Positions 20,972 to 31,703 of a stretch of 34,611 nt of DNA are shown piece by piece. Position 1 is the stretch's first letter. Each line of letters begins with the position of its first letter. The DNA is taken from positions 273 to 34,883 of the forward strand of contig JBGAQA010000071.1 of assembly GCA_044220955.1 (NCBI GenBank). The letters are read 5' to 3'. The notes below the pieces were generated by a model. The model worked only from the letters and a program-made list of their open reading frames with translations. It searched no databases and was not told where the DNA came from. Both the position numbers and the translations under genes were made by a program. Origin of the DNA: Sandaracinaceae bacterium. GTDB taxonomy: Bacteria > Myxococcota_A > Polyangia > Polyangiales > Sandaracinaceae.

Positions 20972-23532
20972 CAGACCTTCTCCTTGCGGCCGGCGCTCGC
21001 GCGGCGGCGCCGCGCGACGAAGAGCCCCAGCGCCAGCGCGCCGAGCCCGACGCCCATCCCCTCGTGACCCCCCTCGGCGCCCGTGGCGCGGCAGCCGCAG
21101 CCGCTCCCGCTCGCCGGGTTCGGTAGGCCTCGGATCAGTGCCTCGCGCGCCGTGCCGACGTTGCCGACCTCGTCGCGCGCCTCGACCTCGACGACCAAGC
21201 GCTCCTGCGCCAGCGCGGCGGCGTCGAGCGCCACCTCGTCCTGCGTCGACCACGGGCTCCACGCGCCGCCGTCCACGCGGAAGCGGTAGTCGAGGTCGCC
21301 CTGGCTGATGATGTCGTCGCCGGTCGCGACCATACCGTTGGGGCTGCGCGAGAGGCTGACGTTCGGCGCGAGCGTGTCGACGACGATCGTCGCCATCGCC
21401 GGCGTCGCGTCGACGCTGCGAGGCGCGCCCACGATGCGGCTCCGGGCCTCGATCTGGTGCCGCGCCTGGAGCAGCAGCACGTCGTCGTCGATCTGGATGC
21501 GCTGGTCCTGCGTCCAGCGCGACCAGGGGCCCTGGTCGATGCGGTACTGGTACTCGACGCGCTCGCTCGCGTCGGTGCCCTCGCTCGCGAAGTGCAGCCA
21601 GAGCGTGTTCTGGCTCTCGCCCCAGTGCTCGACCACCATGCTCTCCGGGGAGAGCACGAGATCGGAGAGCTCGAGAGAGGTGTCGACCGAGCGCGTCTCC
21701 GGCGCGAGCGAGAGGTTGGCCCAGATGGACAGGAAGTCGTCGCCGCCGCTCGAGACGCCCAGGATGCCCTCCGGCGGGATGTCGAGGTTGAAGCCCATGA
21801 TGGCCGGCAGCGCGATGGGCGAGATGCCGCTCGTGAACATCCCGGCGAACATCTGGATGACCGTCTCGAGCGTCGAGGCCAGCATCGCGGGCGACTCCGA
21901 CAGGAGCTCGGAGTTGGTCACGACGGAGTTCGTCGGCGTGACGCCGATGATCTCCGGCGTGATCATGCCGCCGGCGACCGTCAGGTTCATCTCGATGACG
22001 AGGTCGGTCTGGTAGGTCATGAAGCGCACGTAGCGCTCCGTGCTCCACACGTAGAAGTCGATCATCGCGTGCGGGAGCGTGATCGAGAGCAGCGGTGAGC
22101 TCGAGTCGGTCCCGATGTCGAACGTCGGCGGGAGCTGGGGACGCACGGAGATCGCCAGCGCCGCGTTCGTGTCGGGGAAGGTGAGCGCTCCGACGGAGCG
22201 GACCAGGGCGGAGACGAGGCCCGTCGAGAGCTGCTGCGAGAGCCGGGTGCCCGTCCCGATGCACAGCATGCCGCTGTCGAACATGCCGTAGCCGGCATAG
22301 TTCAAGTAGTCCTCGGCGATGCCGATGCCCAGGTGCGCTGGGGTCGTCGTGCCGGGGATCACGTTGCCCTCGAACGCGGGCGCCTGCGCGATCACCGGCG
22401 GGAAGGGCGTCGGTGGATCGATCCGCGGCACGCACGAGTTGTGGCCGGGCGACGTGGTGAACATCCGGTCCATCGACATGAAGCCGCCGACCATGTCGAC
22501 CGTCATGCCGTTGTTCGTCGCGATTCCGTCGCCGCCCGCCGCGAGCACGAGCTGGATGGGCGCGTGGGTTCCCGGCGAGAAGCCGCCGAGGAACTGCCCG
22601 CCGAGGTCGCCGCGGCCGTCCATGCCGAGGAGCATGGGCACGCAGGTGTCGCCGTGCGTGGGGCCGTAGCGGCAGACCGTGGTCGGGTCGGTCGTCGGGC
22701 CGTCCGGGAACGTGCCGGTGGGGCAGGTCCCGCCCGCGCCTACGGTGGTGCAGAGGTTGTCGCCGATCGCACCGTTCAGCAGGCCCGAGATCTGGCCCGC
22801 CAGCTGGCCGATCACGAGGTTCTTGATGAAGTCGAGGTTGAGCAGCCCGCACGCGCCGAGGAACCCACCGCTGATCGACAGGTCCGCGGACTCGACGTCC
22901 TCACCCGAGGTGAGCACCACGCTCTGCACGACGAGCTCCGTGTAGCCGTCGCGCGCCGGGTGTCCGGTGATGTTGCGGAGCAAGAGGGTCGCCGTGACGC
23001 CGACGAAGTCGCGCGAGCCGCGCGTGGTGTCGAGGCCGATGTCGCAGGTGCCCGGCCACGAGCCGTTCGTGAAGGTGGTGATGTCGCAGCCGGGCGTGCC
23101 CGGGACGCACCGGCCGTGGCGGCTGTGGAGGATGGCGCGGACGTGCACGACCAGCGAGTTCGGCGGCGTCGGGGTGATGTCGACGCTCTCGATGTCGATG
23201 TGGGCCGAGCAGTGGTCGTCGTCGCAGATGGTCACGCTGATGCCCGCGGACACCGTCATCGTGTGGACCGGGAAGTCGAGCCCCGCTCCCAGCACCGTGG
23301 TGATGATCGGTGTGATGTTCGACTCGAGGAAGTCGATGCCGCCCGAGGTGAGGCGGACCTGCGCGGAGTTCGGGATCCGCTGCGCGACCGGGAACGCGCC
23401 GGGGATGGGCGAGATGCCACATCCGGCACAGCCCGAGCAGCCCCCGCCGCCGCACGCGAAGACCAGCATGACGAGCGCCGATGCGACGATCGGCTTCCAA
23501 GTACGTCCCCAGAACCGAGCCAAGCGATGCAT
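20971..23532 (-). CDS. BPI/LBP/CETP-like (TULIP) lipid-binding surface protein with lipobox, two Ig-like domains and a MYXO-CTERM sorting signal, 853 aa
   Basis: GGAGG 5 nt before ATG 23532; LVFA-C lipobox; GCGC…hydrophobic…RRRR C-terminus; several colinear BPI-like motifs (see findings). The CDS itself is near certain; the fold is inferred. Confidence 0.8.
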   Translation of the reverse strand: [853 protein letters not shown]

Positions 23533-23591
23533 CAGCGCCTCCACGTCCACGGCGCACGCGTACGTCTCGCGTGCCGGCCGCCGCAGCCCGG

Positions 23592-23621
23592 ATTCTACGC
23601 GCGCCGAGATCCCGAGAGCAA
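23592..23621 (-). promoter_or_regulatory. Putative sigma70 promoter of the TULIP/propeller operon
   Basis: TTGCTC (23621..23616), 18 nt, TAGAAT (23597..23592). The predicted 5' UTR contains a 7-bp hairpin (23554-23574). Confidence 0.55.
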
Positions 23622-23683
23622 CGGGCATCTCCCGGGCGACGTGGTCCTGGGGTTGCGTTAGCGCACGGACGGCGACTGACGGG

Positions 23684-25895
<2,212 letters not shown>

Positions 25896-25985
25896 CGCGC
25901 GCGGCTTAGCACGGGCGGACGAGCCCAGTTCACCCTGGCCGAGCATCGCCGGGCGAGAAGATCCGCCCGTCGTCGGGACGGCCGC

Positions 25986-27767
25986 TCAGACCGCGCAGCG
26001 GCCGGACTGGCACGTCGCGCCGCCGCAGCAGTCGGTGTCGTTCGCGCACGACGAGCCGACGCCCTGGCACTGACAGCGACCCATCGTGCACGTCATGGTG
26101 CCGCAGCAGTCGTCGTCGCGCTGGCAAGGCGACATGCTCTGCTGGCAGCAGACGGTCATCGAGCTGCCGGCGTCGGGGGCGAGGCACTCGAGGCCCTCGC
26201 AGCAGTCGGGTCGTCCCGTGCAAGCGGTCGTGGCGCTCCCGGGTCGGCGGCAGTGGTCGACGACCTGGCACGCGCCGGCGACGCAGCCGAGCGAGCCGGT
26301 GTGCCCCGCGGGATCGGTGCCCGTCGCGCAGCACTCGGCGTCGCGGAAGCAGGTGTCGTCGACGCCGCGGCACGCGCACATGTTGTCGGTGCACGTCATC
26401 TCGCCGCAGCAGTCGGCGGGCGACTGGCAGGCGCCGCCGCTGCCCGTGCAGCACTGCAGCGGGCGGTCGGAGACCGTCGAGTCCGAGCTCACGCCGCAGG
26501 TGAAGCCGGCGCAGCACTCGGCGTTCGTCGTGCACGACTGGCCCTGCGGCATGCAGCTCGCCATCGGGTCGGGCCGGCACATGAACGTCTGGCACGTGAG
26601 GCCGTCGGCGCACTCGCTCGAGTCCAGGCAGAACGAGCCCTCCCGACCCGCCTGGCACATGCCGTCCCGACACATCATCAGGCCGCAGCAGTCGAGCGAG
26701 TTCGTGCAGGGCTGATCGGCGCCGACGCAGCAGCGCGGGATGAGCGGTGCCGGGCGGCAGACCGAGCCGTTGCAGCAGGTCTGACCCGGGAGGAGCCCAC
26801 CCAGCACGCAGCTCAGGCTCGGGCCCTGACACGTCGTGCACGAGCCGAACTGGCAGTGCTGCGCGCCGTCGCAGCTCGGCGCGCCGGTGTCACAGCACAT
26901 CTGCATGTCGTGGCCGCAGTCGCTCGGCGTCATCACGCACGTGTTGCTGCCGTGGTCGCACATCAAGCCGGCATCGCAGGTGCTGCGAGGGCCGCAGGGC
27001 TGATCCATGCCGCCGGTGTCGGTCGGGTCGCTGCACGTGCCGCCGAGGCAGACGAGGCCACCCTCGCAGTTGCCGGTGCCGCTGGGCGAGACGCCGTCCT
27101 CCGCGCAGCACGGGCCGTCGATGCGTCCGCAGCGCATGGTCGGATCCGGCGCCGTCTCGCAGTCGCCGCTCATCGGATTGCAGACGAGCGAGCTCGACAC
27201 GCACGACGTCATGCCGTCGCAGCAGCGACCGCCGGACTCGCCACAGCCCTCGCACATGCCCGTCGTCGAGTTGCAGACGAGGCCGGAGCGGCAGGTGAAC
27301 CCGGCGCAGCACGTCCCGCCGGCACCGCCACATCCGCTCATCCCCGGCAGGTCCCCCATGTCGGGCGAGAGGCAGACGCCGCCGGAGCAGACCAGGCCGC
27401 TGCAGCAGTCGCCCGACCCGGTGCAGGTCGAGCTGCGCCCTGCGCAGCACACGCCGCTCGTGCACGTGAGGCCGGTACAGCAGTCGGCCGACGTCGCGCA
27501 GCGCGTGCTGCTGTTGGCCTGCAGACAGCAGGTGCCACGGGCGCAGCGCAGGCCGAGCTCACAGGTGCTCCCGGCGCAGCACATCTGGCCGAGCGGACCG
27601 CAGGGCACGTCGTTCAGCGGCACGTTCGCGTCGGTGCGAACTCCCGTGTCGAATCCGGGCCCGACGCCGGAGTCGCGCTGGGAGCTCGCCGGGCGGGCGC
27701 AGCCGGGGGCGAGCGCGAGGAGCAGGGTCGTGGCGAGCGCCAAGGCAAGGCGGTGCTGCGCGTGCAT
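25986..27767 (-). CDS. Very Cys-rich lipoprotein built from tandem knottin-like modules, 593 aa
   Basis: Signal LLLALAPG-C; 17 modules of 4-6 Cys (about 99 Cys by hand count). Confidence 0.85.
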   Translation of the reverse strand: MHAQHRLALALATTLLLALAPGCARPASSQRDSGVGPGFDTGVRTDANVPLNDVPCGPLGQMCCAGSTCELGLRCARGTCCLQANSSTRCATSADCCTGLTCTSGVCCAGRSSTCTGSGDCCSGLVCSGGVCLSPDMGDLPGMSGCGGAGGTCCAGFTCRSGLVCNSTTGMCEGCGESGGRCCDGMTSCVSSSLVCNPMSGDCETAPDPTMRCGRIDGPCCAEDGVSPSGTGNCEGGLVCLGGTCSDPTDTGGMDQPCGPRSTCDAGLMCDHGSNTCVMTPSDCGHDMQMCCDTGAPSCDGAQHCQFGSCTTCQGPSLSCVLGGLLPGQTCCNGSVCRPAPLIPRCCVGADQPCTNSLDCCGLMMCRDGMCQAGREGSFCLDSSECADGLTCQTFMCRPDPMASCMPQGQSCTTNAECCAGFTCGVSSDSTVSDRPLQCCTGSGGACQSPADCCGEMTCTDNMCACRGVDDTCFRDAECCATGTDPAGHTGSLGCVAGACQVVDHCRRPGSATTACTGRPDCCEGLECLAPDAGSSMTVCCQQSMSPCQRDDDCCGTMTCTMGRCQCQGVGSSCANDTDCCGGATCQSGRCAV

Positions 27768-27788
27768 GCGTGTACCTTATCACGCATG
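27765..27788. promoter_or_regulatory. Putative bidirectional leaderless promoter (18-bp gap) inside an 8-bp inverted repeat
   Basis: CATGCGTG-TACCTTAT-CACGCATG; + strand TACCTT 7 nt before ATG 27786; - strand TAAGGT 6 nt before ATG 27767. Confidence 0.65.
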
Positions 27789-28142
27789 TGCTGCTTCTCG
27801 AGACCGGTCGAGCGCGTGGAGCAGACGCGCATCTATGCGCGCGCGGACGGGGCCCGCCAGCTCGTCGTGTACGAGCTCAAGCTCGTGGCCGAGGGAGAGC
27901 TCGCGATGGTGCTCCCGGTCCCGGTCGCGTCGGGCGCGGCCGAGGAGGCGATCGAATTCGTCGATCTGACGAGCTCCCCGGCGTTCTTCGGCGGGCTCGA
28001 GTACGCGTTCCGCGCGACCGGAGCCCACGAGGCGCAGGCGCTGCGCAAGGGCGGCCCGCAGGCGCGCCTGGCGGTGCGAGAAGGTCACCGGATCGAGCTG
28101 CGGCGCACGCGGCAGAACGCCGACACGTGGATCGACGGCTGA
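27786..28142 (+). CDS. Small hypothetical protein (MCCFSRPV…; DUF2330 N-terminus-like), possibly internally deleted, 118 aa
   Basis: Tail of ORF 25158..28142 with natural codon bias; RQLVVYE…LAMVLPVPV motif. Confidence 0.6.
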   Translation: MCCFSRPVERVEQTRIYARADGARQLVVYELKLVAEGELAMVLPVPVASGAAEEAIEFVDLTSSPAFFGGLEYAFRATGAHEAQALRKGGPQARLAVREGHRIELRRTRQNADTWIDG

Positions 28143-28259
28143 CGTCCTTCGTACGCGCGTCCCCCCACGGAATTCCCCGGAATCGAAGCGGGATCCTCGA
28201 GTGTTCGAACCTTGAACCCGAACGCGTCGTGGCGCGTCCTAGGGACAGGGGAGGTCGAC

Positions 28260-28739
28260 ATGTCCGCGTTGCTCTCGTTCGATCCGTCGCTTCGTCGCTC
28301 GCTCTTCGATCTGCTGGTCCACGTGGTCCGCGTCGATCCGATGATCGCGGCGCCGCAGATCGCGGCGGTGCGCGGCGCGCAAGTGGCCCTCGGCCTCGTC
28401 GAGCTGCCCGCCCTGGACGGCGCGGTGCTGCGCGGGGCGACGGGCGAGTGGCTCGCGCTGCGCGATGCTTCCGACCGTGAGCGCTCGCTGGCCTACGCCG
28501 CCGCGCGCTGGGTCGCGCTCTCGGACGGCGTGCTCGACGACGCCGAGTCGGCGCTTCTCTCGGCGCTGCGTGGACAGCTGCGTCTCGGGGACGCGGCCGT
28601 CAGGCTGGCGGAGTCGATCGCGAACGACGTCACGTGGCGCGCACGATCGGAAGCGATGCCGCCCCACCGTGCCTTCACGCTGCTGGCGGTCGAGGCGGCC
28701 AAGCACGCCGCGCGGCGCCGCGCGCTCCGGGCTGCCTAG
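28260..28739 (+). CDS. TerB/DjlA-N-like (tellurite resistance TerB fold) protein, 159 aa
   Basis: GGGGAGG RBS before ATG 28260; motif VALSDGVLDDAESALLSALRGQLRL. Confidence 0.7.
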   Translation: MSALLSFDPSLRRSLFDLLVHVVRVDPMIAAPQIAAVRGAQVALGLVELPALDGAVLRGATGEWLALRDASDRERSLAYAAARWVALSDGVLDDAESALLSALRGQLRLGDAAVRLAESIANDVTWRARSEAMPPHRAFTLLAVEAAKHAARRRALRAA

Positions 28740-28747
28740 CATCCATC

Positions 28748-30406
<1,659 letters not shown>

Positions 30407-30505
30407 GAGGGAAGAATAGAGCCGGGGACGCCCGGTGGGCGAGGTGGCCCGCGCACGCTCCCGTTGCTACATCGCCGGGCACACTCCGCTCTGCGAGGTT
30501 CCGCC

Positions 30506-31681
30506 ATGCACCGCTCCGCGCGCTCGCTCTTCGTCTGGTCGGTCCTCGTCCTCGCCGCTTGCGGCTCGCCCTCGGGTCCGGGGGACGATGCGGGGATGTC
30601 CACGATGGTCGATGCGAACGTGCCGCGCGACGCCGGCCCGCTGGTCCCGACCTGGCACAGCGGCCCCGACTACCCGACGCCGATCGCGTTCGGCACGGCG
30701 ATGGTGCTCCCGGGCGGCGACGGCTCCGCGTACCTCTACGTGTTCGGCGGCGGCAGCGGGACGTTCGGCGGGCTCGGTCCCTTCCACTCCGAGGTCCGAC
30801 GCTCGCAGATCCAGAGCGACGGCTCGCTCGGCCCGTGGCAGGACGCGGGCAACGTCGGCACCGGGACGGCGAACTACGCGCTCGCGGGGCACGGCTCGAT
30901 CCGCGTCGTCGCCGAGGACGGCGCGATCGGCGTCGCGATCGCGGGCGGTGGCGGGCCGAGCGGCATGCTCGGGCAGGTGCTCGCCGGGTACGTCCAGACG
31001 GTCGACGGCTCGTTCGGGATGTGGGGCGCGTTCGCCCCGCTCGTCAGCGCGACGCAGGGCGGGCACGTCCACGGCTCGTTCAACACGTTCGAGGCGCACC
31101 AGCTCGCGCTCGTCGGCGGGATGCAGGGCACGACGCCGATCGATCACGTGATCATCGCGGCGACGATGGCGGGGACGATGGTTCCCACCTGGCGCGACGG
31201 ACCACCGCTGCCTGCACCGCGCTTCGGCCACGGCTCCGCGCAGATCGGCAGCGGCACGCCGGACATCTACCTGATCGGCGGCATGGGCGTGGGCGGCGCG
31301 CTGATGGGCGACATCCTGCTCGCGCAGCGCGACTCGACGTCGCTCGAGGTCACGTCGTGGGTGAGCGCCGGGACGCTCACGAGCCCGGTCGTGTTCCCGC
31401 AGGTCGCGACGCTCGACAGCCACGTGTACGTGATGGGCGGCGTCGCGGGTGACCCGGGCCTGGACCCGCTCGTGACGCGCGTGCGCATGGCGACGGCGCC
31501 GCCGATGGGCACGGCCCGTCCGACGCTCACGTTCGCGCCGGTCCCCGGGGCCGATCTGCCCGACGGGCGGGCCGGCGGCCTCGTCGCGGTGCTCGGGCAC
31601 ACGGTCTACATCGTCGGCGGCATGATGGGCACCGACCACATGGCGAGCGCGAGCGTGATCTACTGCCAGCTCGAGCCCTGA
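30506..31681 (+). CDS. Kelch-like beta-propeller lipoprotein, 391 aa
   Basis: Start MHRSARSLFVWSVLVLAA-C; Kelch motifs LYVFGG, LALVGG, IYLIGG, VYVMGG, VYIVGG with W…P.LP.PR. Confidence 0.85.
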   Translation: MHRSARSLFVWSVLVLAACGSPSGPGDDAGMSTMVDANVPRDAGPLVPTWHSGPDYPTPIAFGTAMVLPGGDGSAYLYVFGGGSGTFGGLGPFHSEVRRSQIQSDGSLGPWQDAGNVGTGTANYALAGHGSIRVVAEDGAIGVAIAGGGGPSGMLGQVLAGYVQTVDGSFGMWGAFAPLVSATQGGHVHGSFNTFEAHQLALVGGMQGTTPIDHVIIAATMAGTMVPTWRDGPPLPAPRFGHGSAQIGSGTPDIYLIGGMGVGGALMGDILLAQRDSTSLEVTSWVSAGTLTSPVVFPQVATLDSHVYVMGGVAGDPGLDPLVTRVRMATAPPMGTARPTLTFAPVPGADLPDGRAGGLVAVLGHTVYIVGGMMGTDHMASASVIYCQLEP

Positions 31682-31703
31682 CGGGGTCGAGAGCGAGCGC
31701 GAG

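Noticed and set aside
19310..22852. 1180-aa ORF as a single protein or a frameshift fusion with the TULIP gene
   Set aside because: The first ~625 aa are an off-frame reading of the TULIP gene. A clean signal peptide begins at ATG 20971 with a TGATG overlap.
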